A DNA stretch of 62,400 nucleotides from a virus (taxonomy: Duplodnaviria; Caudoviricetes): positions 1-62,400 of the IMG/VR virus record IMGVR_UViG_3300024518_003383. One strand, written 5' to 3'. Made by a program: the position numbers and the translations under genes. Below the pieces are notes generated by a model. It was not told the DNA's origin. It saw only the letters and a program-made list of their open reading frames with translations, and did no database searches. This document shows, piece after piece, positions 8,651 through 17,923 of the stretch (the stretch's first letter is position 1; every line of letters begins with the position of its first letter).

Positions 8651-9721
8651 ATGAGCACGACCCCCTTCGACCCCCGCTTCCTCCCCTTCGACCAGCGCGC
8701 GGTGCTGGCCATCCTTCAAACAGACCCGAGCAACATCGCGGGGAGGATCCGGGTCGTCGGGACTACCGTCGACCTCGCGGCGAGGGCAATCGTCGGGGAC
8801 CCGATCGCCGTCCCCGCCTTCGGGCAACTGGTCCACGCGGGTGTCGTGTCCATCGACGGGGACGACATCGTGATCCCCCCGCCGATGCGCAACGGCTCGA
8901 ACGGTCGGAGCGCCGAAGCGTCGGAGCGGGCGGCAAGCTTGCGCGGCGCGATGGCGACGGCGCTCGCGGAACACCACCACGCCTTCACGGGTTGGGCGCT
9001 CGACTATGCGGTCGAGCGATGCGAGCAGGGCAGGGCCGATCCCGTGCTCGGGTCGTGCGAACCGGCAGACGCCGCGAAGTGTCTCGCCGGCGCTGTCAAG
9101 CATGCGCTAGCAGGGGCGCTCCATTGCAAGGTCTTCGAGATCTTCTCGAATAGGAACTGGCCCGAGACACAACGCCGATACCTAGGAAGGGCGACGGAGT
9201 CGAACTCGCCGCTCACGGTCGAAGACGTGCGACTGGTCGCGCGTTACTACATCGACACGCGGGCGCTACTGAAGGGGATCGCGGAAGACCCGGTCACGGA
9301 CGACTTTCGATCGGCGATCTTCGTGTTGGGCCGGAAGGGGTACAAGCCGGAACACTTCCGGACCGTAATCGACGCGAAGGTCCGCGAGGCCATGAAGGAC
9401 CCGAGCAAGGCGCGGTGGGTGAACTGGCCCACGATGTTCTCTCCAAAAAACTTCCCAAAGTCGCTGTCGATGGCCAACGCGATGCGGGCCGATGTCGAGC
9501 AGGAGAAACGAGCACGGGACCGCGAGCCGTCCGGTGAGGCCGCGAGCCGCGTCGACAATAGAGAACCCGAGTGGAAGGCACCGTGCGAGGTAGTCGAAGA
9601 AGAACCCCGGGAGGTCGACGCGTCCGCACTTGACGGGCTCGTCGGTGGTCTCGCCGCGGAGAAGTCGGCACCGAAGGCGATCACCCGGGCGTCCGTGCTC
9701 GATGGGGAGGGCGGACAGTGA
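8651..9721 (+). CDS. Putative replication initiator (Phg_2220_C-like domain)
   Basis: GYKPEHFRTVIDAKV...WVNWPTMFSPKNF resembles the conserved phage initiator C-terminal domain. Confidence 0.6.
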   Translation: MSTTPFDPRFLPFDQRAVLAILQTDPSNIAGRIRVVGTTVDLAARAIVGDPIAVPAFGQLVHAGVVSIDGDDIVIPPPMRNGSNGRSAEASERAASLRGAMATALAEHHHAFTGWALDYAVERCEQGRADPVLGSCEPADAAKCLAGAVKHALAGALHCKVFEIFSNRNWPETQRRYLGRATESNSPLTVEDVRLVARYYIDTRALLKGIAEDPVTDDFRSAIFVLGRKGYKPEHFRTVIDAKVREAMKDPSKARWVNWPTMFSPKNFPKSLSMANAMRADVEQEKRARDREPSGEAASRVDNREPEWKAPCEVVEEEPREVDASALDGLVGGLAAEKSAPKAITRASVLDGEGGQ

Positions 9722-9921
9722 CGACTCAGAGGGCGGTCTGGATTCAGTGCGACGGGTGCGAGATATCGCAGTCTCCGTGCGATTTGAGCGCAAGGACGCG
9801 AGCCCAGGCGGCGCTAACTTGCGAACCCGGATGGCGTCTTTACGTCATGGTCCCCGGACGCGAAAGGCCCGTCGACCTCTGCCCCGACTGTGCCGAGGAA
9901 GCGAAGGAGGGCGGACAGTGA
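9718..9921 (+). CDS. Small CxxC protein
   Basis: CDGC...CPDC; flanked by 17-bp direct repeats. Confidence 0.65.
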   Translation: MTTQRAVWIQCDGCEISQSPCDLSARTRAQAALTCEPGWRLYVMVPGRERPVDLCPDCAEEAKEGGQ

Positions 9922-10394
9922 CCGCATACCTAGTCAGGCCACCGGCCGACCGCGCGGACGTGAAGGGCGACCCGCTCGTCGACAGGCTAACAGCCTACGC
10001 GTGCGTTCTCGAACGCATCGAGGGCGAGTTGCGGTCCGCCTACTATCACAACAGGGGGAAGAAGAAGGCCAACCGCTTCGACGGGTTCTTCTTCTCCGGA
10101 GCGGACGGGTCCGTGTTGGCGACCTCACTCGGGGGCCGCGTCTATCAGGGCGGGCAGGTCGTGCAGCAGAGCGCGGGCGAATATATCCAGGTCCAGCGAG
10201 ACGCCGTCGTCTACCTGTACCGGTGCGCGGCGTGGGCTCGATTCCACATCGCAAACAAGCTGCACCGGGCTGGCTTCGACACAAGCCCGCCGCGCGTGCC
10301 CGACACCGAAGGATGTCCAAAGCGCGTTGCGGTGGCTTACGAAGCTTGCAAGCGGGCCGCGGAAGAAGAACTGGCCGCGGCCGGCTTCGTATGA
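9918..10394 (+). CDS. Hypothetical protein
   Basis: GGAGG RBS; GTGA overlap. Confidence 0.65.
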   Translation: MTAYLVRPPADRADVKGDPLVDRLTAYACVLERIEGELRSAYYHNRGKKKANRFDGFFFSGADGSVLATSLGGRVYQGGQVVQQSAGEYIQVQRDAVVYLYRCAAWARFHIANKLHRAGFDTSPPRVPDTEGCPKRVAVAYEACKRAAEEELAAAGFV

Positions 10395-10395
10395 T

Positions 10396-10424
10396 TTGAC
10401 GGTGCGTCAAGTCGGCGCTACTGT
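10396..10424 (+). promoter_or_regulatory. sigma70-type promoter TTGACG-N17-TACTGT with a TTGAC-N5-GTCAA operator
   Basis: Near-consensus hexamers, 17-bp spacer, intergenic. Confidence 0.75.
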
Positions 10425-10457
10425 CCGACTGCAACCCCAAACGGAAGAGCCAACCCC

Positions 10458-10670
10458 ATGAGCTTTGAAAAGTACCCCCTGCCCGCCGGCGCGGAGTGGG
10501 ACCCGGAAACTAACGCGGTTTACCTGAATCGGAAGCAGGACACCGTATTCACGTATCGCCTCGGCGGGCGAGTACACGTATCGGTGGCTTCCGCGGCCGT
10601 CTCCTGCTCCGTCGCCATCGACCACCGGATCGTCCTCCATGTCCTCGCCCGTGCTGGTGTGCTGACATGA
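10458..10670 (+). CDS. Hypothetical protein
   Basis: AGCCAACCCC-ATG start. Confidence 0.65.
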   Translation: MSFEKYPLPAGAEWDPETNAVYLNRKQDTVFTYRLGGRVHVSVASAAVSCSVAIDHRIVLHVLARAGVLT

Positions 10671-10725
10671 ACAAACCCGAGAACATCCCGACGGACCTAT
10701 TTGTCCGACAGTATCCGGGGAGCAC

Positions 10726-11001
10726 ATGAGCGCGAGCCCGATAGATACCGCGATCGGGAAGACCGTCCGGCAGGCCAGGCGGGAAGCGGAGTACACCCAG
10801 CGGGAACTCGCGGAGCGTATCGGCGTGGACCATTCCTTGATCTCCCTCATGGAGTCGGGACGGAGGACCATCGCCGCAGGGACGCTCTTCGAGATCGCGG
10901 ACGCGTGCGGGTGGAAGCCGTGGGTCTTCGTGTGGGTGGCCGCCAAGTATCTGAAGCGCCCGGACCGGCGCGACGTTGACCGATCTAAAATGAAGCCGTG
11001 A
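10726..11001 (+). CDS. XRE/Cro-C1 HTH regulator
   Basis: VRQARREAEYTQRELAERIGVDHSLISLMESGRR. Confidence 0.9.
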   Translation: MSASPIDTAIGKTVRQARREAEYTQRELAERIGVDHSLISLMESGRRTIAAGTLFEIADACGWKPWVFVWVAAKYLKRPDRRDVDRSKMKP

Positions 11002-11041
11002 CTGCGGCAAGCCAACCCCAAACAAACGAAAGCCCAACCCC

Positions 11042-11317
11042 ATGAGCAAACGAAAGCCAAGCCGACCCAACAGGGCGGCCCGACGCGCCGCGGATACGGC
11101 GGTACGGAAAGCGCTACGGCAGACAAGCAAGGCGCGCGGCCCGATGACGGACGCGCTCGTCGACGCGCTGCGAGACCTGAAGGGGTGGCCGGACCTCCCG
11201 CACGCCGACGCGTGCCGCATCCTGGCCACCGACGACGACGTGGCCCGCTCCGTCATCGACCACGCGAACAAACTAGGGAAACTCGACGGGAACTTCGAGG
11301 AAGCGGGGGCGTCATGA
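11042..11317 (+). CDS. Hypothetical protein
   Basis: Motif-preceded ATG; coupled to the next gene. Confidence 0.65.
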   Translation: MSKRKPSRPNRAARRAADTAVRKALRQTSKARGPMTDALVDALRDLKGWPDLPHADACRILATDDDVARSVIDHANKLGKLDGNFEEAGAS

Positions 11318-12138
11318 GCGGCGGCTATCTTCCCGGCATGGAACCGGACCCCGTCGACAACGAGCGCGATCGGGACCTGAACGTGGACCGCACACCTATC
11401 CCCGTGGCGTCGCAGATCTTGACGCGCGTTGCCGAAGTATATGGGCCAGAGGTGTTCGCCAACGTTATTGACGCGGGATGCGGCGAGGGCGGGTGGGGAC
11501 GTGCTCTCAGGCCGTTGGTGTGCGGATCCCAAAGCGTGGGCATGGACGTTCGCGAGGAAGCGATGGACCACGCGCGCCGGAACTACGACGCGGCACACCG
11601 GCTCGCGTTCAACGTCGACAACGCGCGCCGCGTGACGAAGGGAGTCACGGCCGTTATCGGGAACCCCCCATTCTCCGTCAAGGATGCGAGCGGGAAGAAG
11701 ACGACGCTCTTCCCGTCCTTCGTCCGCGATGCTGTCGCGGTCGTGGAGCCCGGGGGGATCGTTTGCTTCCTCGCGCTGGACGATCTCGGGCAACGCGGCG
11801 GGGCCACCCGCCGGCTGTTCTCCGAACTCCCGCCGAACGCATGTTTCCGGATCACGGGCGCCGTCGGTTTCCGCGGGCCCCACCGCGAGGACATCGACGG
11901 GAGCGGGTCCACGGACCAGCGATCCTATTGCGCGTGGGTATGGAAGGCGGACGGAGACGGCGGGACCGTGCCCGGTACCGTGTGCAGTCGCCACCTACTC
12001 ACGAGCGAGGACGACCCGAAGGAGGACGAAGCAAAACAAGCGAAGTTCCCGGTCCCCGGTTGGCACGCGGAGAACCTTCCCGAACTCCCGCTGGATTGCC
12101 GTCGGTGGATCCACATCCCGGGGACTGAAACACCATGA
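11314..12138 (+). CDS. DNA amino-methyltransferase (N6-adenine type)
   Basis: SAM motif DAGCGEG followed by catalytic NPPF. Confidence 0.8.
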   Translation: MSGGYLPGMEPDPVDNERDRDLNVDRTPIPVASQILTRVAEVYGPEVFANVIDAGCGEGGWGRALRPLVCGSQSVGMDVREEAMDHARRNYDAAHRLAFNVDNARRVTKGVTAVIGNPPFSVKDASGKKTTLFPSFVRDAVAVVEPGGIVCFLALDDLGQRGGATRRLFSELPPNACFRITGAVGFRGPHREDIDGSGSTDQRSYCAWVWKADGDGGTVPGTVCSRHLLTSEDDPKEDEAKQAKFPVPGWHAENLPELPLDCRRWIHIPGTETP

Positions 12139-12443
12139 GCAAGATCGACGAGATCAAGTCGCGGTCCGACGGGTGGCTAACGCCCGGCGGCGGCGATTCA
12201 TGGGAGCGGCCGAAGGACGACGCGGTCTTCCTCCTTCTCATGCTCCAGGCGCGGGTGTCGATGCTGCTCCAACTGAACAGCACGATCCCGGAACCGCACG
12301 ACCTATGCCCGAAGTGCGCGGGGTATATGTGGGGACGGCCGAGTCTCCCGGACGGTGCGAGGAATCACCACGGCGGGGTCCAAGACTACACGCGGCGGAT
12401 GTGCTCCGAGTGTGGACACATCCGAACGGAGCCGGAAGAATGA
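12135..12443 (+). CDS. Zinc-ribbon protein
   Basis: CPKC...CSECGH. Confidence 0.65.
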   Translation: MSKIDEIKSRSDGWLTPGGGDSWERPKDDAVFLLLMLQARVSMLLQLNSTIPEPHDLCPKCAGYMWGRPSLPDGARNHHGGVQDYTRRMCSECGHIRTEPEE

Positions 12444-12817
12444 GCACGCGAGAAGAACTCGAAGCGCTAGGCCGCCGCGCTGTCGCTTGCAAGGGGTGGC
12501 GGTGGATCGAGGGGACGATCGACACCAACGGGGACGTCGTCGCGGTCGCACTCGACAACGGATATGTGGAGATGGCGTCTGTAGCCCAACCCGACGGCGA
12601 GCGGTATCCGCCCGACTTCTCCATGGCGGCCTCGCGGGGTTGTCTTCTCGAACTCGTCCGCCAGGCATACGGAGATCCGTATATAGAAGCGCAGCCCGCG
12701 GTGGCTGAAGGGTTGTGGCTTTGGCGTGTGTCCATTCGAGGGGACTCGCGGCGCGACGACTTTTGGTATCCATCTGAAGCTGAGGCGCTCGTCGCAGCAC
12801 TAGAGGCCGCACCATGA
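12440..12817 (+). CDS. Hypothetical protein
   Basis: ATGA-coupled; ends SEAEALVAALEAAP. Confidence 0.7.
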   Translation: MSTREELEALGRRAVACKGWRWIEGTIDTNGDVVAVALDNGYVEMASVAQPDGERYPPDFSMAASRGCLLELVRQAYGDPYIEAQPAVAEGLWLWRVSIRGDSRRDDFWYPSEAEALVAALEAAP

Positions 12818-13044
12818 GCAGACCGAAGGCAGAACACGAGAACGACCGGAAACTATCGGCGCTCGCCGGCACGTTCGAGGAAGGGTCACACGCGGGCAAG
12901 GCCGAAGCCGTCGCGCTGTTTCTCGAAGCGCTCGACGAAGAAGGGGCCACGGTGGACACGCTCCGGGCCAGACTCCTTTCCTACGCTCGACGGCTTCGGC
13001 TTCGAGTGGCCAACCCTACACACCAGAAAGAGCCAACCCCATGA
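12814..13044 (+). CDS. Hypothetical protein
   Basis: ATGA-coupled. Confidence 0.6.
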   Translation: MSRPKAEHENDRKLSALAGTFEEGSHAGKAEAVALFLEALDEEGATVDTLRARLLSYARRLRLRVANPTHQKEPTP

Positions 13045-14126
13045 CACACGACGAACAACCTAGGAACGCGGTCGAAGCACTGAAGACGATCGCACACATG
13101 ACGAACGGCCACTTCAGCGTGCTGCACAAGGCAGACGGCGAGGCGGTCGCAGTGCTCGGGATCGCTATCGCGGACCACATCGAGTCAGGGGCCCCCCTGT
13201 TCTCCCGGCGCGTCAAGGTGTCCGGCTTCGTCCCTGGCGTTGACGACTCGACGGCGGACACCGTGAAGGCGAGCCCCGCCCGTCGAGCCCCGCGAACGGA
13301 AGAGGACACCAAACGCGAGGACTTGATCGCATTCGAGCATGAGATGCGGATGGTCCTCTTCAAACTGTCCAACGTCCGGATCGAGTGCCCTACATCGGAG
13401 GGGATCACGAAGGCACGGGAGAGCTTGGGTCGGGCACGCCTCGCGGTCGAGTCCTTCTACCAAAGCGAACCCCGCAAGGCCTCGCTCGATGTTCACGACG
13501 CGCGCGGCGTTGCGGCTATCGAAGCACTCCAAGGGCTCACAGGGAAGTTCGCCACGCTCGACTATAAAAACGACAGCCACAGCATAGAGGCGCTATCGGC
13601 GATCATCTACGCGAAACAAGACGCGATCCGACGCGATTGGGACTCCGCGCTCGCGTCCGCCCGGGACTACAGACAGAACATGGGAGACGCCGAAGCGGAG
13701 CACGCGAGACGGCTAGCCGTTCTACATGAGACGGTCGCACAAGCGATCGACGCCTTGACGGAGTGCGCCGGGTACGATGTCGACGCGCCGTCGGATCTGG
13801 AGAAGATCGCAGCGCTCCGCGATGTGGCCAAGCAGCGGATGGAACATCGCGTGGCGAAGGCGGTGAAGGACGCGCTCGAAGAGGCGAGGGAGAACGGAGA
13901 CGTGCCTACGCGGACGGTTGAAGATGCCGCGCAGGGAGGGGACCCCGGTGCGTTCGTTTCCGGGATGCGCAGGGCCGCCGTGCTCGTTGGCGAGACGATG
14001 CGCGAGAAACACATGAAGACGCGATGGCAGTCGACAGACCTTCGGGACATCGCCCGGATCCTCGTCACGGAGATCGATAAAGAAGCGCTGGGGTTCGCGG
14101 AGAAAGGGGCCGGCTCCGATGCGTGA
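13041..14126 (+). CDS. Hypothetical helical protein
   Basis: 361-aa ORF; motif-preceded ATG. Confidence 0.75.
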   Translation: MTHDEQPRNAVEALKTIAHMTNGHFSVLHKADGEAVAVLGIAIADHIESGAPLFSRRVKVSGFVPGVDDSTADTVKASPARRAPRTEEDTKREDLIAFEHEMRMVLFKLSNVRIECPTSEGITKARESLGRARLAVESFYQSEPRKASLDVHDARGVAAIEALQGLTGKFATLDYKNDSHSIEALSAIIYAKQDAIRRDWDSALASARDYRQNMGDAEAEHARRLAVLHETVAQAIDALTECAGYDVDAPSDLEKIAALRDVAKQRMEHRVAKAVKDALEEARENGDVPTRTVEDAAQGGDPGAFVSGMRRAAVLVGETMREKHMKTRWQSTDLRDIARILVTEIDKEALGFAEKGAGSDA

Positions 14127-14526
14127 GTGGAGCGGCCGCGCGGTTGAGTTCGTCTCGCGGGCGTCGGCGCATGTGTGCGCGCTGGCCTACGTCCGGCCCC
14201 AAGAAATGTACAGCAGCAGCCGACACCGACGCCACTCGCGGGCGCGGATGGTCGTCTGGTGGATACTCCGGGAGATCGGCATGTCCTACCCCAAGATCGG
14301 GGAGGCGTTCCGGAGACACCACACGACAGTTATCCATGGCGTGCGCGAGGTCGAAGAGTCGATCGCCCACGGCGGATGGGCGGCAGACGCTGTCGACCTC
14401 GTCTGCTCACAGGCCTTCGTCGGTTCTCCAGGCGTCGACCCTTACAGCGGCCCCGCGATGCTACTGCAGGACAGTGCCCCTACTTTCGACAATCTCGCGC
14501 GGGTGTCTCCGCGTGCTAGCATTTGA
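14119..14526 (+). CDS. Stand-alone DnaA C-terminal (domain IV) HTH protein
   Basis: ARMVVWWILREIGMSYPKIGEAFRRHHTTVIHGVREVE. Confidence 0.8.
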   Translation: MREWSGRAVEFVSRASAHVCALAYVRPQEMYSSSRHRRHSRARMVVWWILREIGMSYPKIGEAFRRHHTTVIHGVREVEESIAHGGWAADAVDLVCSQAFVGSPGVDPYSGPAMLLQDSAPTFDNLARVSPRASI

Positions 14527-14537
14527 CGGAGGGTCAA
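14523..14537. promoter_or_regulatory. Operator TTGAC-N5-GTCAA overlapping a GGAGG RBS
   Basis: TTGACGGAGGGTCAA directly after a TAGCAT -10-like box. Confidence 0.65.
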
Positions 14538-14540
14538 CCC

Positions 14541-14786
14541 ATGGGAGTTCACCGCGGAAAACTAAGGTGCTGCGAATGCAAACGCAGGCGGCAGACAACA
14601 ACGACGAGCAAGGGCCCGATGTGCAAGCCGTGCAGGACGGTGCTCGACGGGTCCGCCGCCATGAGCGACAAGGCCAGGATCAAGATCGAGCGAGAGAAAC
14701 TCGAAGCCATCGAGCGCAAGGACGCGGAGAACACCGCCCGCGCGCTCGATGCTCTGACCCGCAACCGTGAAGAGGTGTGCGGGTAG
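14541..14786 (+). CDS. Small CxxC protein
   Basis: CCEC...CKPC. Confidence 0.6.
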   Translation: MGVHRGKLRCCECKRRRQTTTTSKGPMCKPCRTVLDGSAAMSDKARIKIEREKLEAIERKDAENTARALDALTRNREEVCG

Positions 14787-14787
14787 C

Positions 14788-15270
14788 ATGCAACACGACC
14801 GGCAGGTGTCGCCCGGCGATTGCGTCGACCTCCTTCGCCCCGATCCTGAGGGCGACGAGGTCGCGTATCCGAACCGCGCGTTGTCTGTCGTCGTCTACAC
14901 GAAGACGGGTGGGTGGCTCGGGGGATGGGAGCAGCGGTACAAGGACTCGCGGCCAGACCTCGTTTGCTTCCGGCTCGGGTCACTGCCGGACGTTGTCGTC
15001 GCATGGGAGCGCGTCGCAGTCGAGCGCATCCACGACCACGCATCGCTCGGGTTGATCGTGTTCCACTTCAGCGCGCCCCGCTTCGAGTCTCCGGACTATC
15101 TCCATCCGTCGATGCAACGAAGGTTGCTCGCCTTCGACGATTCAACACAACGCGGGGACGTGAAACCCCGCAACGTCACGCGCCTTGGTCGTCCATTCAA
15201 GGACCCCGACGCACCCACCCAGGTCGACCTCTTCGGGTCGGCCGCAACCGAAGAGAAGCCAACCCCATGA
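14788..15270 (+). CDS. Hypothetical protein
   Basis: Packed ORF. Confidence 0.65.
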   Translation: MQHDRQVSPGDCVDLLRPDPEGDEVAYPNRALSVVVYTKTGGWLGGWEQRYKDSRPDLVCFRLGSLPDVVVAWERVAVERIHDHASLGLIVFHFSAPRFESPDYLHPSMQRRLLAFDDSTQRGDVKPRNVTRLGRPFKDPDAPTQVDLFGSAATEEKPTP

Positions 15271-15608
15271 CAGACGAAGAGACACCAAAAAAGGAACAGA
15301 CCCCGGCGCAAGCCGTGGCGACTATTAGCCAGAGAATCGGCGAGTGCGCGGCGCTTCTTAGCGAGGTGCAAGCCGCTTCGAGTGGAGGGTGGAAGTTGTA
15401 TATTACGTTGGGCACACCCGATGCCGGGCCCGTGAAGGTTCCCTTCGTCCACTCCGAGCGAGTTCTCGACGCGATCGATGTCGCACTGTGCCGATCGCTC
15501 GAAGTCGACCGGCTGTCGTTGTCAGATGCGACCGGGTCGCTACAGTTGCGCGCCACGAGCATGTCCGAAGAACAGCGCAAGGAAGCGGGCGACCATGTCG
15601 AAGGGTAA
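15267..15608 (+). CDS. Hypothetical protein
   Basis: Motif-preceded ATG; ATGA overlap. Confidence 0.65.
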   Translation: MTDEETPKKEQTPAQAVATISQRIGECAALLSEVQAASSGGWKLYITLGTPDAGPVKVPFVHSERVLDAIDVALCRSLEVDRLSLSDATGSLQLRATSMSEEQRKEAGDHVEG

Positions 15609-15849
15609 CGAAAACGCGGAGGCGTCGATCAAGGCGATCCAAGTCGAGGCCGTCCGGTGTTTCCTTGTCGCATACGCACGCGAGATCGTGGCCGATGATA
15701 ACCCGTCGGACGATGTGAGGACCATCGCGGCCGGGTTGCGTATGACGAACCTCGCGTTCACGGACGAAGCGATCGTGGGCGCAGTCTGGGAAGGCGCCGC
15801 GCTACGACTCGCCGAAGCAGCCGCGCGAGTGGGGAGCGCCGAAACATGA
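15595..15849 (+). CDS. Hypothetical protein
   Basis: Overlapping ORF chain. Confidence 0.6.
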   Translation: MSKGNENAEASIKAIQVEAVRCFLVAYAREIVADDNPSDDVRTIAAGLRMTNLAFTDEAIVGAVWEGAALRLAEAAARVGSAET

Positions 15850-16166
15850 GCGGTCCCGAGATCACGACATGCCGCGACTGCGGCGGAGATGTTTTCTGGG
15901 CGGAGACTAGGGCCTGTAAGAAAATGCAGATGGACGCGGAAGAAAACGACTCCGGAGAATACACCGTCGACTTCGCGGGAACGATGCCGAGCGTCCGCAA
16001 GGCATCGGACGCGGAGCGCGAAGACACGGGCCGCGAGGTGTACACGTGCCACTTCGACACGTGCGAGTCTGGGGGTGACAGGTCGAAGCAGCGCGAGTCG
16101 GCGTCGTCCCCGGTCGTTCAATGCCCCAAGTGCGCGCACCGGTTCGTGGGGAGGTCGAAGCAATGA
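15846..16166 (+). CDS. Cys/His zinc-binding protein
   Basis: CRDC..HFDTC..CPKC. Confidence 0.65.
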   Translation: MSGPEITTCRDCGGDVFWAETRACKKMQMDAEENDSGEYTVDFAGTMPSVRKASDAEREDTGREVYTCHFDTCESGGDRSKQRESASSPVVQCPKCAHRFVGRSKQ

Positions 16167-16480
16167 GCGAGACCAAAACACCGACCATGCGCCCGTGCTG
16201 GCTATACGTCTTCGAGTGGAAGCTGGCAGACCTCACCTTCGATATTGTCGGCGGTCGCGTCGTCGAGTCTCGCGGGAGCACAAGCGCAGGGGCCGACGAT
16301 CTCGAACGCCGTTGTGTCGGCTACATCCGAAGCGACACGCGGAAGAGCGACGAAGAGATCCGCGAGTGGATGGAAGACCGCGGCCCGGATTGCATTGCAG
16401 AACACATCGAGACCGCGGAGATCGTCCGGTCGAGATCGGCCGGACCCTTCGTGAAGGGGGGCGAGCCATGTTCGGTGTAA
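16163..16480 (+). CDS. Hypothetical protein
   Basis: GGAGG RBS; ATGA overlap. Confidence 0.6.
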   Translation: MSETKTPTMRPCWLYVFEWKLADLTFDIVGGRVVESRGSTSAGADDLERRCVGYIRSDTRKSDEEIREWMEDRGPDCIAEHIETAEIVRSRSAGPFVKGGEPCSV

Positions 16481-16773
16481 GCCCGGACCGGTGGGTTCTA
16501 GCGGACTCGAAAGACCGGCTCGTATGCTTTGCGATCGAAAACTACTTTCTCAGCACACCGGAAGTCCAGGCGACGAAACCGGAGGGGTCGCACCGCCTGA
16601 TCAGCGCGGTGAGAGAGGACGGTCGCAGCATGCAATTTTGGTCGGCGCGGGCGACGTCCCAGCCGAAGGATACCGTGCAGATGCTCGCAAGTATCCGGAT
16701 CGCGCTGGAGTCGCCAGAATCCGATTGGCACCCGATGTCGAAGGATGACCTGGGGAAGGCGGGTGCATCATGA
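16468..16773 (+). CDS. Hypothetical protein
   Basis: Overlapping ORF chain. Confidence 0.6.
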   Translation: MFGVSPDRWVLADSKDRLVCFAIENYFLSTPEVQATKPEGSHRLISAVREDGRSMQFWSARATSQPKDTVQMLASIRIALESPESDWHPMSKDDLGKAGAS

Positions 16774-17237
16774 GTAGGATCCTCGCACTCACGATCCACC
16801 AGCCGTGGGCGTGGTGCATCGTCGCCGGTGTAAAGGACTTCGAGAACCGCGACTGGAAACCGCCGGCCGATCTTAGTTGGGTTGCCATCCATGCCGGCGT
16901 CCGCCCGAAGACGAAGCACTCGCTCAACCCGAACACCTGCACGATCAACAGCATCTGTCGGATGCGGCAGACGCTGCGAGAAGAAGAGATGGCGGACGTC
17001 CCCGATATCTCGGAACTCGACTTCGGGGCCATCGTCGGGGCTGCTCGTATCGCGGGCATCCACGAGAGGGGGACGCCTTGCGATTCCCCGTGGCGCAACG
17101 ACGCGGCCTTCGGTTGGAGACTCGCGGACGCGGTCAAGCTCGAACGCCCGATCCCGTGCAAGGGGAAGCAAGGGCTGTGGGCCTTGTCCGGCTTCGACCG
17201 GCAGACGCTACGCGCGGCAGTCATGGGGGCAAGATGA
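16770..17237 (+). CDS. ASCH-domain protein
   Basis: ALTIHQPWAWCIVAGVKDFENRDW..AIHAG..GAIVG..PIPCKGKQGLW. Confidence 0.9.
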   Translation: MSRILALTIHQPWAWCIVAGVKDFENRDWKPPADLSWVAIHAGVRPKTKHSLNPNTCTINSICRMRQTLREEEMADVPDISELDFGAIVGAARIAGIHERGTPCDSPWRNDAAFGWRLADAVKLERPIPCKGKQGLWALSGFDRQTLRAAVMGAR

Positions 17238-17464
17238 AGTTCGGAGACTATTGCAGGACCACACACGGGGCGCCGGCTCGGTACATGGGCGAAGGCCTCT
17301 GCGTTTGGATCTCGTCGCAGGGGAACGACGTCCTAGTCGGGCGCGTGCGCATCGAGGACGCGAGGGCGAAGACATCCCTCCCCTATCTGGACGACGACGA
17401 ACTGAAATGCTTTGCGGCCGGGTACAGTGCCGGCGCGCGGGCGGAAAGAGTGGCGAGACAATGA
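17234..17464 (+). CDS. Hypothetical protein
   Basis: ATGA-coupled. Confidence 0.6.
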   Translation: MKFGDYCRTTHGAPARYMGEGLCVWISSQGNDVLVGRVRIEDARAKTSLPYLDDDELKCFAAGYSAGARAERVARQ

Positions 17465-17691
17465 ACTCGACGAAGCTACAGATCCTCCACGCGGTGGGGG
17501 ACCAGTCCAACGGGCACCTACAGACGGCTGCATTGCATACGATCTGCTCGGTTGCCGACTGCAGCGAAAGCACGGCGCGCCGCTATCTCAACGAACTGAA
17601 ACGGGAGGGGTTGATCGCGTCCACCAGCTATTGCAGGAGGTCGGCCGATCGGTACTACATCCGCGAAGAGAAGGCGGCCAGCGATGGGTGA
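17461..17691 (+). CDS. Small winged-helix protein
   Basis: ICSVADCSESTARRYLNELKREGLI. Confidence 0.7.
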   Translation: MNSTKLQILHAVGDQSNGHLQTAALHTICSVADCSESTARRYLNELKREGLIASTSYCRRSADRYYIREEKAASDG

Positions 17692-17923
17692 GCGCATCAA
17701 CCTGGCATCGTGCCCGCTGCACCTCGGCAGGAATATAGGAGGGACGAGGGCAACCATCGAGGGGGCGCAGGTGGAGGCCACCCGATGGGGCAAGCCGGTC
17801 CACATTCTCAGCCCGCGCCCGGACGACATCATCAGCCGCGCAAAAAAGATGGGGGTTCGCGCGTCCAAAGTGGAGACGACCAGGGGCGTCGTGCTGGTCA
17901 GAATTGAGGCCACCCATGACTAG
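17684..17923 (+). CDS. Hypothetical protein
   Basis: Overlapping ORF chain. Confidence 0.55.
   Translation: MGERINLASCPLHLGRNIGGTRATIEGAQVEATRWGKPVHILSPRPDDIISRAKKMGVRASKVETTRGVVLVRIEATHD

Noticed and set aside
10549-11994. Long minus-strand ORF (and similar ones such as 36328-37782)
   Set aside because: Shadow ORFs of high-GC codon usage opposite well-supported + strand genes
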